The position numbers and the translations under genes are program-made. A DNA stretch of 64,000 nt from Paraspadella gotoi. Its lineage: Eukaryota > Animalia > Chaetognatha. The notes under the pieces are model-generated. The model was given only the letters and a program-made list of their open reading frames with translations. It did no database searches and was not told where the DNA came from. The stretch is taken from contig CM119270.1 in the NCBI GenBank assembly GCA_051294375.1, forward strand, positions 11,012,100 to 11,076,099, in the 5' to 3' direction. Shown here piece after piece: positions 40,422 to 63,700 of the stretch; the stretch's first letter is position 1, and each line of letters starts with the position of its first letter.

Positions 40422-42985
40422 TTTACAGTTTTTTGGTAAACGTTTTTGTTCGAAAATTAAGTTACTCCTAAAAAAACTAAATAACATAAAAACATATATT
40501 TATGAGATCAAGGGCGTTATCGTTTTTCTGTTACATATCGATATTATTAAATGCAGTTTTAAATCAAATAATTGATAGATCTGTATCACTTTCACTTTTT
40601 AAGAAATTGATTCTGCTCCCTTAACGCAATGATCTGGGCCAAAGTCATGATTCAGATGACGCCTATCTGTATGCGCTGACCATTAATAACAAATTTATCC
40701 TGGAAAAGTAAAAAAAGAATCAGGTCAAAAAGAGGTAAGTAACGCGGTTGTTCTAAACTTTTAACAGGTCACATATCATTTTTTTTATTAAGTTGTCACT
40801 TAAGAGGTCTTGCAACAGAAATCAAGATTATTTTTTGTATTAAAACTTTTTCTGGGTAAAAATCCGAAACATCTTTATTCAAAATCAAAATTATTTGTTT
40901 GATGAGAAAAAAATTATTTAGTTGCGATGCTGAGTTCATACCAACATAAACATGGCATTTTAGGCATGTTTTAAACCCTTTTTAACCAATGTTTTTAACA
41001 TTTCAAAAACATATCTTAAATTTTAACTTCGTGACAGTAGATTTGGCTCACGGAGTAGATATTTGTAAGACTAAAAGTTTAACATTAAAATGGACCAAAA
41101 ATAATTTTCAGAAATTGAATTGTTGCTTTTATCGAATATTCGTCATCGTCTGATCGAAAAATAAAAAAAGAAAAGAAAAGGTGCAGCTGATGAGGGAAAA
41201 TCCTATTACGTATTCACGACGAACGTGCGTTTACAACTTTTGTAGGAGAGGGCTGGTGAGGTAAGCGGGTGATTATGTCCCGGAATCCTATAAACAAAAA
41301 AATACACTGGTAAAATGAGAACCGGTAAAGACCTGTGGGATATTTTTTTAAATTGGTCTATTACAAGATTGCTGGCCAAGGATGCGCATTATTGAATAAA
41401 AAATTTAATTTACTGGCTTGTCAGTAGACAACTAGATCAACGAAAACTGTTAAAAGGTTTGCTAAAGACAGGAAAAAAAACTGTTTCGCTTGTTACAAAT
41501 AAAAGTTAAGAGGATAAAAATCTGAGCTTATAGAAGTTTTCTTCTCGCGTAACAGGCCAGAAAAATTAGCTCCATTCATAAACTGAATTCCTTCTCATGA
41601 ATAACCAAATCTGTTATGATCATTTTTTCTTTCTTTCTTCTTTTACCTTAATAACGAGGAGGAAGAAAGGTGGTTCGTTATTATGGTTCTTCCTAATTTT
41701 TCTTTATAAATTCGAGCATTTTTGTAAAAGACAAATATTTTGACAAATTCAATTTTTTTTTTCAGAATTACGTACGAGTTCCTTGAAAATAATTTTTAAA
41801 AAATTGGAAAGAAATCCATTTAATAAAAGCATTTAAGTCCGTGATTTTATATGTTTTAAATTTACAGATAGGGTAACAGAACAGTAACGGATAATATTTT
41901 GGAAAGAGCTCATGTAAAATAAGTCAAATTAGTTGTCATGGCTTTATGTCATATGTTTTTATTTAAGAAAGAAAACCGAGTGAGAAGAGAGGTCGTGATT
42001 CATTTATTAATTTCACTCGATGAAGTGGAAAGCGAAATAAAACAAATGAACAGAGAGATGTTTATTTAATAATCGAACTCAATATCTCTTAATGAAAATT
42101 TACGATAATGATTAGCACAACATTGAAAAACTCTATATAATAGCTAATAGTATTATGAATAGTAGTAATATAAAAAATATATAACAAAATTAGATTTAAA
42201 TAAATAGCGTTATCTGATTTCCGTTAATTTTCTGTTTGCCCTGAACAAGAGGACGCCGAGAGAGGATAGAGAGTGAAAACCTTGGCATTTAAAAACTAAG
42301 CTACCTCATAGAAAACATCATTTTAAATCGCTCTTTCTTCACTACTTGGTCAATATAATAAATAATAAAAACTAAGTCTGCAACATCTACAGGTGATTCC
42401 ATTATACAAACATTTTACGCTCATCTGTTGAAACCCAAACAGGCAACAGGCGGAACCATCGAAGCTGAAGTTCCCCCAAACAAACGCGAATTTCGTCAAT
42501 ATTTTGAGATGGATCTCTCTCTCTCTCTCTTCTCTAGTCTTTTTTATTTGGATCCATGAGTTTTCAAAACTTTCTCCGGAAGTTTGGAAAAACATTTTCG
42601 AAAATTTACACTTTTCGGAATAAAATATTTTGAGAGAAACTGGAACGGGAGGGGAAGCCAAAGAAAAAGAGTGAGAGAATGAAGAATAAAATAAAAGAAA
42701 AAAGCTTTAAAGAGAGGAGAGAATTCGGCCTTGCTCTTTATACATTATTCAGGAATTATATCTCATACACAATTTCTTTTATTTAATTTTGGCCCTTGTC
42801 TTCATAAAAATAGTCCTCCAAAAAACATTTAGCTTTCATAAATACTTTTGGAAGAGGAAAAAAAAACCCAATTAGCTCCGCACATCGAACTTGTTATGTT
42901 TTGTCCCAATCTGGGGTTGAAAGTCCGTTGATTTCTGAATTGGAGACCCTGTAACGAGTTTGATAAATAATTTTCTACTCAGATT

Positions 42986-43075
<90 letters not shown>

Positions 43076-44009
43076 TCTCTCTCTCTCACGCATTTTCAGT
43101 CTCCTGACTCCAAGCCTCACCACGAGCCAAAACTTTTTTCTTCCACGTTGGAAAATCTTGTGAATTTGTTTTTACTCGTTTCACAAAACAATTCACCGAA
43201 AAAAATGAAAACAAAAAGTGGGGAGTTGAGGTTTTCTTTCTTTTGGCTGAAACAAAATTGAGAATTTTAGAAATTTAAATAAAATGGAATCGAAAGTTTG
43301 AGCAGCGTTCCTAACAACGAAAAATTAAGTATACCGACTCCTACTACGATAACTAAGACGACGACTCCGACGACAAAACATTTTAGTAGAGAGAGTTTGA
43401 AGGGAGTCAAGACGTGAAATGAGCGGACCGGTTGAAGGGGGATCGGAGGAGGGGGAGTCATGCCGAGGCTTTTCGCTACCGTAAAATGTTTCGTCGTCGT
43501 CTTCCCGTTTAACGACAATCTTCTGGAGAGCGCCCATCCGTCTTGTGCACCGTCGTCGTCGTTGACGTCGTCGTCGTTGTCGTCGTCGTTGTCGTCTTCG
43601 TTCCTCTTTGTTCGGAAGATGATTTAAGTGCCCTCGATCCAGGGCTGTCTTTCCTTATTGGGGGAAGGGCTTGTGAGAAAATCGGAATGAGAGATGGAAA
43701 GGGGAAGAGAATAGTTTAAAAAGGGGGGGAAAGAGAGAGAAGAAACGAGAGAGAAAAAGAATAATTTCTATATACAGTGAAAATAATTTTATCGTTTAAT
43801 GTTAAAATAGAAATATAGAAAAGAAAAATAGTACAGTATGTAGAAACGATTAATAGAATTATTTTTAAAAAAGAGCTTTCTTTTTTTGTTGGGCGTAAAA
43901 CGTAATAATTTTCAGGAACTACTGAAAAGATTTACCGTGTCGTTAAAAATTAAATTGTCGTCATTTTTTCATAATCGTTTTAACTCCCTTTTTCCCCGTT
44001 TTCCAGTCA

Positions 44010-44129
<120 letters not shown>

Positions 44130-44971
44130 ATAAGATGATGTGAAAGGTCTGCCATCAACGTCGATTGAAAGGTTGAGAGAGAGGTAGCGTGGTGGGGTAG
44201 CGAAGGGAGAGGAAAAGAATGAAGAGAAAATAAAATATTGTAAGATTTTTTCATTGGTTTTTATCAAACGTTGTTTTTAAAGTAATATATTCTCGTTTTT
44301 TAACTAAGACACAGCCAATACATCCCAAGAACTAATCTCAAAAAGTAGTCTTCATTTAAAAATCACTTCCCTTTTCATTTGTTTGTTTAAAATGATTGAT
44401 GGTTTTTAGCTTTGTCAAATTTCTTCCCAACCCCTGAACGTAAACAGAAAATACGGGGTCCAGCTGTGAAGGCCGATCGCCCCAGAGAACCACTCGCTCT
44501 CTCTCTCTCATCTTCGCCGCGCGTGGGTAAGTTTAAGATGCCGTAAAATTAAATGCCGTAAAATTGAATGCCGTAAAACGCCGGGGCATAATTAACAGCG
44601 CTCAGATTCATTAAATGCCTAGAACTGGACTGACTGAAGATTTATATGGGAGCCTTTGCGATGTAAAACATGAAATATTTTCTCATTTCTGGTTAAAATA
44701 TGATTTCTGTTATTCTACTTAAGTTTCATTTTTGATAATATTTTTTTTTAATTATTACTATACTGCGCCATTGAATGAAGCGGATCGAATAGAATGTGGG
44801 CGAAACCTACAAAAGAGCCCCCACCCTTCCAAAAATAGAATTAAAAAAAAAAGAACAAAAATTTAAAAAAGAAGCCGTTTAAGAATTGGGAACCCATAAA
44901 ACTTTTTTTGTTTTGATCTCCGCGAATCTTCATTAAGCGTCCGCTTTTCTTTTTCGATTCTACCGTCAAAA

Positions 44972-45101
<130 letters not shown>

Positions 45102-45400
45102 GAACTCTTCATAAATGATGTGGAAGCTTAAAACCTTTTTATAGAGAAACGCTATTTTTTTAGTTTTGTTTTTTTTTTAACCTAAAGATTTGATCTTGTC
45201 TTCAAACAGCTGCAGATTTTTTTTTGTTGAGTTCTTTCTGTTCTGAAATGCGAAGGACAAACAAAGGAATAAAGCAAAAAAGAAACGAACGAACGAACTG
45301 AATAAATGAACTAATGAATGAACCAACAGAAATAACAAAGATATTTTATATCGATGGTCTAATCTCTCTCTAGTCTCTCTCTCTCTCTTTCTCTCTCTCT

Positions 45401-45491
<91 letters not shown>

Positions 45492-46970
45492 GTCTCTCTC
45501 TATCTCTTCTCTTTCCAGTCACCATCTCCTTTTCTCATCCCCTCTTCTTCTTCCCGTCTTGTCCCTTTTCCTTCCCTCAACGTTCCCCCCCACTTCCATT
45601 TCCAAATGTCTTATTTATCAGTCTTCCCTTTTTTTTCCTGTCTGACCGTAATGACTTTCCCCCCCTCCCGTTTTTTCTCCCGTTCCTCCTCCCATCCACT
45701 CTCCCTTTCTTCTTTCCCTCTCTACCTCCCTCTTTTCCCATCGCCATGCTCAAAAAAAGTAGCTGACAGGAACGAGAAATTTCTTAATTCGCCAACGAAC
45801 AAAATCCAGGCGAAGTCAAGACTCAAGAGTCTGAAGAGGAGAGAAGGAAAGGGGGCAGTTGGGGGTCGAAAAGAGGGCTCGTCGTTCTTGGGGATGTTGT
45901 TGTTGTTGTTCTTTGGGGGTAAAAAGGTTAATGATATAAAGACATGTAAGGAAGGCTACGGGAATGTTCATTGTTCAAGAGGGAAAACTTGCTATTATAT
46001 CTGGAATATAAATATATTTGTAGTCGGGCATTGCCTAGGTTAAAATATAATTTAGACGATGGAGACAATACTTCAAAAAAAAACAACTAAAAATCTATGA
46101 TGCCGAAGTGGAGACTGAGATGGAGCTGATGTGGTGATGTAGAGATGATGGAGTTTGAAATCGGGACTGAGTATTGGATCGGAGGCAAAGAATATTAAAG
46201 AAGATTAAGGAAGATTAAGGAATATTAAGGAAGATTAAAGAAATTTCCTCCCTCGATCTCATTCGGTCTCTCATTTCGACTCAAATCTCTTCTCGATCAA
46301 CTTCGGTTCTCACTTTTGGGTCACAAAGATCAAAATCATTTGTTCTTTTGTCTTTACCTCTTTGTTTTACATTTTCTCCACGCCCTCTACTAGAAGGGGA
46401 GTCAGTACTACAGCTTATTATCCTCGAATTATTAGAAAGTAACTGAGGACGTTTAGGTAAGTTAACGATTAAGTCAACCCAAAGGCGGGGCGGAACAATT
46501 TTGACTGTATTTAGCTTCCGGTTTTAAACCTTTTTTTTTTTGCTTGGTTTTGTTTGTTTATCTCTTATCTCGAATTACAGTGAGACACGAGCTCTGTCTC
46601 GGTCTCGACAATCGACGACGATAATGACGACGATACAGACGACGACGATGATGTCGAAGAAAAAGATGATAATGAGGTCGATGATGTAATACGTAAATGA
46701 ACTGGCGCATTTGAAAATGATCAAAGCGATAAAATATTGATACTTATAGTTCTCTTATTAAAATTTTATGCGTTTACTTTGCTTTCAACCATTTTTTTTA
46801 TTTGAACAGAAAGAAATAACAATTAAGAAACACACAAAATTCTCGACGACAACAACAACAACGCCGACTATAACAACGACAACAAGATTCGCGTAATCGT
46901 TCTAATGTTTACATGAACGTCGAAATGATCATCAATTGATTATCTACTGGTTTGGTTGCCTTTGGGGGGG

Positions 46971-47055
<85 letters not shown>
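46971..47055. repeat. (GAC)n microsatellite
   Basis: Read directly. Confidence 0.95.
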
Positions 47056-47057
<2 letters not shown>

Positions 47058-48209
47058 GGATTGAGTTGCCTCCGGGTGGGAAAATTCCCCGCTCTGTTTA
47101 TGGAGGAGTGACGGAAGAAGGGAAGTAGTGGGGATTATAAAAAATGAGGAGGGAATAAGGGCAGGGGACTAGAAGGAGAAAGACAAAAACTGGGAACAAA
47201 GGAATAGGATGGGATTTTTGAACAATAACGAAGAGACGAATGAATAAAATAATAGATGAATGACACCAAACAGTGTAGAAAATGGGAAAAAAGTAATATA
47301 CTAATTCTGAAAAATAATGTTTCGGCTGGAAAAGTGAAAAGTTGAAAATCGGAACGAAAACAAAAATCTGAAATATTTGTATTACTATTTGTTATTACTA
47401 TTTACTATTTGTTTTACAACTATTTATATTTGCAAATTACTTGTTTCACTATTTTCTATTTTTATGTTTTATGAAGGATTTACTATTTAATCTATATTCT
47501 TTAATTATGTATGTATTGCTTTTTTAATTTTTTTTTACATATCATCATATTTAGTAACTCATTTTGGGAAGGGGAAGTCTTCTGGAAATAGAAGGAGCAT
47601 CTATACAACACAAGGATTACAATCTGTCCTAGTTTTCTAATAGATAACACACATCGTTCGTGTCAGAAAGTCATTAATGAAAAATCATAATATCTAAGAG
47701 GCTGAATAGAAAGGGGTTGGAATGGATAATTTTTTGAGAGGGGACCAAAGTTATATATGATTTTTTTTACCAATAAGGATAAGACTACTATGTATAATCG
47801 TATGTTCTAATGGGGATACATACTGGGGAAAGGTCTATAGGGGCACCTTTAAGTCATGATAATTTTGAATATAATTTTAAAATACATTAATGAAATCTAC
47901 ATTTTTTCTTTATCCTATTTTTTAATTATTTCTTTTTTTTTATTTAGACTTTGAGCATAAAAAAAGGCAAGTTTGACCATCTTTATTACCCCTGAGTGAA
48001 GAGGGCGCAACGAAGAGCCCGCACTGTAGAGTTGCTACGAGAAGGAGGAAATCGCGGGATCTCGATCGATCGCGTAGTCGTCATTCGAATTACTCGATCC
48101 TGGGGAAAGGAGGAGGTAAACCGAAGGTGGGGGGTGGGGGGGGGTTAGCCCGGGGTGGAGATCGAAAAATGAGGATTCGAAGGATAAATGACGGACGAAC
48201 GATGAGAAA

Positions 48210-48407
48210 ATCGAAATGAGTAGAGTGAATGAAATACCAACGAAATACAATCGAAATGAGTAGAGTGAATGAAATACCAACGACGATCCGAGAATCGAGT
48301 GGAGATTTTGAGGGGCGGTGGGGGATGGGTTGTGGTGGTGTTGGAGGCGATGGTTAAAGTTGTGGGGGATGGGTTGTGGTGGTGTTGGAGGCGATGGTTA
48401 AAGTTGT
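48210..48407. repeat. Two adjacent short tandem duplications (~39 nt and ~44 nt)
   Basis: AATCGAAATGAGTAGAGTGAATGAAATACCAACGA x2; GTGGGGGATGGGTTGTGGTGGTGTTGGAGGCGATGGTTAAAGTT x2. Confidence 0.9.
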
Positions 48408-48962
48408 AGGGGTGGTTAAATGAGGAAAACTGGAGAGAAAAAAGAAGACGGCGAAAAAACGAGGCGAATTGTAGCTGGGAATATTTAGTTAAGGTAAGTT
48501 TGGGAAAAAATCAAACATTTCTTTTTGTCCCGTGGTATTCAAAGATAAATAATTTCATGATTTTCTTAAAATTTTTGAAGCCCTATTTTTTCGGTAAGGG
48601 GAACGTATTATTTGGACGGTCGTCATTCCAAATCCTTTTTCAACTGTCTTAATAAAGATTAGACTTTTTTATGATTCAAAATTGTGCTAAAACAATGCGA
48701 AAATCGGTCAAAAAATATTTATTGGGATATCGTTCGGCATAAGTGTTTTACGCCGGTTACCCTTTTGCAAGCTCTTAATATTTTTATCTTCGTTTAAAGG
48801 GGAGTCATAAAAGAAACTGAGAACAACCTATTTTTGCTGGGGTTCACCGCATTTTTCTTTTTTTTCACCACCCCATGAAAAACCGCTCTCACGCGCGAGT
48901 TAAAAACTGATTGATTAATGAGACGATTTGTCTCTTCGCAAAATAGCGTCGACTTTTGAAAA

Positions 48963-49114
48963 TTCATTCATTCATTCATTCATTCATTCATTCATTCATT
49001 CATTCATTCATTCATTCATCCATTCATTCATTTATTCATTCATTCATCCATTCATTCATTCATTCATTCATTCATTCATTCATTCATTCATTCATTCATT
49101 CATTCATTCATTCA
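48963..49114. repeat. (TTCA)n microsatellite
   Basis: Read directly. Confidence 0.95.
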
Positions 49115-50653
49115 CACAGTTCCTCAATGTAAATGTGAATTTTTAATTTTTGACCGTCCTTTTCTTCGTCCTTACAATTCCAGCCAATACGTTTCACGGT
49201 CTTTTGTCTCTCTTAGTCATAATTTTGGTGAGACTCGAGAGAATAATTTAGTTCGTTTTTTGACTTTTTTGAAATCGTTACACCCGTCCTTAACTTGAGT
49301 TTTACGGGTATTTTATTGGCATTTTTAAGTGATTAATAAAGTCTTTAATACTTTCTTAACTCGCATTTAATTCTACCCTCGTCAAACTAACACGGGACGA
49401 GAGAAGCTTGAACGTTAGATTTGCTGGCGTGAAATAAGGATATTTCACAGTCGTCGTCCAGTGATTAGATCATTCGAGTGATTTTTCCGAGAGCGACGGA
49501 GTCAGTCGTCATCTAGTGGCCTTTCCCAAGCCAATTTGTGAACTCGCATTTCTCAGGAGCAGATATGAGCGAAGATATGAAATTTTAAGATGGTCAGACC
49601 CACAGTACGATGGACTTTTAGAAAAAAATGGCCTACGTGACCCTAAAGTTTTGACCGAATAAAATTGTTTACTGCGCAAAACAAACGCTTTGGAAAATAA
49701 AAAAAATATTACCTTTTTACCCCTTTTCCCTGCTTTTCCTCCCTTTTTTTCACGCCCTTCCAGTTTTTTCTTCGCCCCCAAAACGGAAGGATACAAAATT
49801 AATGGAGGAAAAACAAACAAAAGATTTTGCGAAAATATTTTGACTCTGGTCGTCGCCTCCCAACTTTATCAAGTGGATGATTTTCGCTGTTGGGCGGCGC
49901 TCTCTCTCTCAAATTCTTCTCTTCCTCGTTCGTGGTCTCCTGCTCTCTCTCAATCTCTCTCTCTCTCTCTACTCTCTCTCTCTCTCTCGCACGCGCTCGC
50001 CCTCTTGTGTTTGTTATTGTTTGTTGTTTGTTTCAATGTACAACAAAGATTTAAACGCATTAGCTTATTTATAAATCAAAATCTTAAAGTAACATTTTCC
50101 TCTCTGTCTCTCTCTCTCTCTCTCTTCTCTCCTCTTCCCACTCTCTCTCTCTCTCTTCTCTCGTCTAAATTTTTAGTGTTTTTTTTTCCTATTTTTTTTT
50201 TTTTTTATTGAGGAGAACCGCGAAAAATATAAATTAATAATGGAAGTATTTTAGACAGCATCGGAGTTTTCACCTCGGGACCAACGAACTTTGCTCTCTT
50301 AATCTGCTTGAGATTTGGCCTCTCTCCCGTTTAGGAGAATTCAAGAGGTTTTTTTAATTTGGTACCTTTCCAAATTTTTTTTCAAATAACTGTAATATAT
50401 AAACCATTTCAAAGAAAAAGTTTTAAATGATTTTTGTTCTTTGACTAAGGACAATACTATTTACTGCACTCTCTCAAAGCATCATTGCACAATCTCTTGT
50501 GTCGACTCTTTTCAGCCCTTCTTTTTAATTACATGATTATCACATAGTAGTAAGGCCGGAAAAATCAAAATAAGGAAAAGAAAGAAATAAGGTAACAAAG
50601 AAAGTACGAAAATGAGAAAAAATAAAAAATAAAAAACAAGAAGAAAAACAGAA

Positions 50654-50741
<88 letters not shown>

Positions 50742-50742
50742 G

Positions 50743-50777
<35 letters not shown>

Positions 50778-51099
50778 AAGAAACGTTACGTTGAGATATT
50801 GAAATGTGTCGCAAATCTTTTTCAAGCTCGAATTAAGTTCTTTGTAAACAAACACAACTCGCGGCGACTTGAGAAAGAGTTTCGGATCTTTTAAAATATT
50901 AAGAAAATAAACAGAATTGAATTCGGAGGCAAAAATCAGATGGGCCAAAATATTTCTCGTAATCTCGTAAAATTTTTATTTAATTATAAATACAAATCAT
51001 TAAGTAATCAATATTTGGCCGATACATATATTAATCGATTTGACGAGGCTTTTGTGATTGAAGCTCTCAGTTGTCGGTAGTTATCGAATCACCCGAGTA

Positions 51100-51275
51100 T
51101 TTAGTCGGAACTGCTTGTCAGCAGATTCCGACTCTATAATTCACTTTGTCGGTCCGTCGGTCCCCCCCTAAATCTTGTCGGGCACTTACTTAAATCATGT
51201 CTGAACATCGAATTATGATAAATTATGCAAAAACATAATGTGCATCCGTCTGTCTGTCTGTCAGTCTGTCTGTCT
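51100..51275 (+). mobile_element. DINE-1/Helentron-like non-autonomous element (copy 2)
   Basis: AGTCGGAACTGCTTGTCAGCAGATTCCGACTCTATAATTCACTTTGTCGGTCCGTCGGTCC... is the reverse complement of 35460-35565; followed by (GTCT)n. Confidence 0.55.
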
Positions 51276-51433
51276 ATACGATATACATGTATTGGCGCAG
51301 CTACTGGTTTGTTATGGTACGATCTGCTATGATCAGTTAGTTAAAAGAATTTTCGTGATTTATCATCTGATTAGCAGATTGCCGCTTAATTATCATAGGT
51401 ATTGATTCCGACATTGTTACTCTCTCTCTCTCT

Positions 51434-51476
<43 letters not shown>

Positions 51477-51852
51477 CTCACTCTCACAACCTTGAATAAG
51501 TCTTCATTCCTGACGGAAGTGAATTTTTGTTCTGACGTCCGGAAATATTAAATTCACTTCGCCCTGCGGCTTCTCATCAATGATTCTCTTCTTCTTCCCC
51601 ATTTTTAGCAATACTTCTTCATTGTGTATTTATTACACAATGTGTAATCCTTTTTTTCGTTGTGTATTAGAAATAACAAGGAATTATTTAGTTTACAAAC
51701 AACGATTTTTTATTTTCATAAACGAACATGTTTAGACTCTGTGATATCGAGTCTTCATCAGCGCTTAGACAATTTGTGAAATATTATCAGAAAATTGTGA
51801 TAAAGAAAGAGAGAGAGAGAGAGAGAGAGAAGTATGAGAGAGATGAGAGATC

Positions 51853-51892
<40 letters not shown>

Positions 51893-52759
51893 TTTCTAAG
51901 TTTAAAGTTTCCAACAAAGAATTTAGAAAGGACAGTAGTTAGTGGTGAGGACAGATTTAGGTAAGGCCAGATTGAATAAGTTGTGAAAAGAAGTGTTGTT
52001 TGTAGTTGTTTGTAAACTTAATATAGCCATATGTTATAGCCAGCCATAGTTCTCATATTTTCCAGTACATATTTTACCTCGCTAACCTCGCTGGCTTCAC
52101 CAGCTCGTGCTTACGCCTTTTTTCAGAAAAAATCCCGCGGGATAAAAAAATTGAAAACTCAAATGTAATCAAAGGGTAATTTCTTCCGTTTCTTCTTGCC
52201 CTTCCTTCTCCTCATCTTTCTCTTCCTCCTCCTCTTCTTCTTCCTCCTCCTCTTTTTCTTCCTCCTCCTCACCCATCCTTCAATTTTCTTTGTAACTCCA
52301 TCCACCTCGAAGGATTCCTCATCGAGGCTTTGGATCGCGTTGGCCCTGAGGCTCCCGTGGGGGGGGGGTTTAGTTGGTTGGAGGATGTTGGAGAAGCTTG
52401 AGGAGTTGGCTTGAAGGAGTAGTTGGATATCGCAGGTTGATTGGCTGAGATATAATCCTTGATTGGATAATGGACACGTCTTGCAGTTTTTATGATTGAC
52501 CGATGGAATTTTATGGTGCCATCAGGCTTTTTTTTGCTTAGCGACGGAACTAAACTTATTGCAGTTTGTAGGGATTTCTCACTTTAAAATTGTTTTCGAC
52601 AAGAAACGTTGTACTAAGAAGTAGCCTGAACGTTTTAGGATATCAAGAACTTTAAATCTGATGTCTTCAGGGCCTTCGATATTGCAGCAATGATTGTCAT
52701 CCATTAACTTGTCCTTATCCTTATACCGTCACATGTCCTAAAGGTCATGACCGTTGTTT

Positions 52760-52792
<33 letters not shown>

Positions 52793-53756
52793 CTAAATCG
52801 AAGATCCTCTTTTCAATCGTTGTTTCTCAAAACAAAAAAAAGTCGGGAAATTCAATCCAGAGACGAGAAACGCGAACGAAGTCGCCGATCGAGTGAAAGC
52901 AAAAGACATTCGCTCGTTTCGAGCCAAAAAAAACAAAAACAAAAAAACAAAAAAAACGGCGAAGTGAAAAGAAAAGAAAAATATTAATAAGAAAAAATGA
53001 ATAGATGGAAAGAAAAAGAGAAAAAAGATAGGAAAAGAAAATAAAAAGAAAAGAAAGTAAAAGAAAAGAAAAAAAAGTTTAAATGTTTTCCTTTAGCTCG
53101 AACTGAAAAAAGGAAAACATTGAAGGCGCAAAGGTGTCTGTTTTCGTTTCGAGATTCAAAGAAATTAAAACTCTGTTTTGTTTTCAAATTTTTTTTTTAA
53201 TTTTGGCAACTGCATAGATATAAAAAAAAAAATACAAATTCACACGACGTCGGCGCAGAACGAGAGACAAAAAAAAAAAAGATATCCCTCTGCCGTTCGA
53301 ATAAAAAGCGATTTGTGTAAAGCGAAACAAAAAGTAATAATAATGAAATTATGGCATTTTCCGGGACACGGAAGTAGAACTGAGTAAGGTCGGGAGAAAG
53401 TCTGGCGATGGCGCTTCGATGACGGGTCGCGCTGGCGCTTGATTGAGGTCATACTCAGTATAGAGGTAAGGCATTGTTGTGAGGGGAGGACCTTTGTTTT
53501 GGAAGAGTAGCTGGGTAATTGGTTAAACGTATGTTCGGATGGGGATTGTAAGAGAAGAAGGCAGCCTTAATAATGTGGGAAGAATTCATGGCAAGAATAA
53601 AGTGGCAAGGGAAGGAAAAGAGAGATTGAGCTGAAAGGAAGGAAAAGAGAGATTGAGCTGAAAGGAAATGGGAATAGAGGGATAAGAGTTTTGTTCCACC
53701 CGACAAACTTTCCTTCTTCTTCTTCTTCCTCCTCTTCTTCTTCCTCCTCTTCCTTT

Positions 53757-61696
<7,940 letters not shown>

Positions 61697-61708
61697 CCTC
61701 CGAAGGAT

Positions 61709-61789
<81 letters not shown>

Positions 61790-62478
61790 TTCGAGACTGA
61801 GAAGGATATAAATCTCGTTCCTTCGTTTTTGTTGATATCAAAATCGAAATTTAAACGAAATCAAAATAAGTCGCAACGTATGAGAAGAAGGGCGATGACG
61901 ACGATGACGACGACGATGACGACGATGACGAAGTGTTTTGAGATTGCGGACGGATTCGCCACTTCGGATGGAGGAAGGGTTAGGCGGGTGAGGATGGTGA
62001 GGCCCGGGAAGGTAAGGAGTTGGATGACGCGCTCCAAGATCAATGGACGTCTTGGATTCGGCCCAAGGGGGTCGAGTTTCGCTCCATCAAGTTGAGAAAC
62101 ATGCGGAAATGGTCCGGTCCAGCTCTAGCGCCGCGAATCCTACGGGGGTGGGGTTTGCGCCCGTCTTTGTCTCTCCGCTGAGATGTTTTGAAAATCTCTT
62201 TTTTTTTGTCGATGTTGAAAAAAATTTAAAATTAAGGTTGGACGATTTCTCTTGAATAAAAATGAAGCGCGAGAGAGAAAGAAAAAAATTGAAGGAGAAA
62301 GAGATTATTATTTCGATTTCATTTCATTCTATAGGAGTCGTTTTTCTTTTTTCGTCGATTCTGAAGAAAGGAGTCGGTAGAAGTCGACGACGACGATGAC
62401 GACGACGAAAGACAGAAGGAAAACGAATGAGGTCGAATTTTCGACAGAAAGAAAAACTTTCTTACGGGAGAGAGGAGA

Positions 62479-62595
<117 letters not shown>

Positions 62596-63646
62596 TGGGC
62601 CTCGATTTCCGTCGTCGTCTTCGGCATATTAGTGCGACGTCTTCTTTTTAGGATTTATAATTACATATATATTGATATAATTATATTTATAGTTATAACT
62701 TTCTTCTCTTCTTTTTCTTCATTGGCTTTTTTTTTCACTGACTTGAAATATTTTCCCATCTTTTATTAATGTTCTTAAAAATTATACATAATACTTTTTT
62801 CTTTACTTACTCTTTTCTGATAAATTACAATAAATCGTAAAAACGATGCTTATGATTTAAATGTTGGCGATTAGATCTTTAAAACAGAATCGATGAAATA
62901 AAGACGATGTTATCGAGGATTACAATGACTCAGATTTCCCGCACCGCGTCTCAGATTAAAGTCTTTTAATTTTGGACAAAAACGTCATAGCAGAATCTAC
63001 GTAAAATGGCGTCATGAGCTAAATTTCGGCAAACCGGGGAAGAATATAAAGATGTAAAGTAGTTCATTAACTAATAAACTGAAAATGGGTCTTATTTTCC
63101 CAAAGAGCCCCTCTTCGGGTTAAATTTAGTTTTTGGGTTTAAAGACTAGGTTAGCGGTTTGGGATCGTGATTAGGTTTAGGACAAAAGTTAGGGATTTCT
63201 TTAAAGTTAGAGATTTGGGTTATGGATTGAATAAAGAAATTGGTAGATTTTAAGGTTTATGTAAATTAGGCTCGGCGATTAGGAACAGAAATATTGGCGG
63301 AAAAGGTTCTTTAAACTGGTCTTTTTTTGTTCTCTAACATGACAGAGTAGTGAGAGAAAATCCGGAAAGACTCCGCCCCCAACCGTCGACATTTTCTCGA
63401 AACGGTGACGAAAAGCGTTGCCCGCCCACCAACGTCAAGATGGCAACAAGTTGTCCTCCCTCTTTCCCAAACAGAATCTCCGCTCGTAATTTTGAAAATA
63501 AATTTCTCTCACGAAGCAAAAAAAAAAAAAAAATATTGTTTTTGAAAAAGTTTCTTGTTTCGTTTAGAGTAGTAGTGAAGAAAAGTAAAAACAAAGGGAA
63601 TTCGTTTACTACGAACTTGTTGCTTCGGCCACAACAAGGGACAAGA

Positions 63647-63700
<54 letters not shown>

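Noticed and set aside
43267-43650. GC-rich minus-strand ORFs with ACG/GAC runs
   Set aside because: No recognisable domain or consistent exon chain; low-complexity sequence.
63115-63260. TTAGG-rich stretch
   Set aside because: Too degenerate to call an interstitial telomeric repeat.
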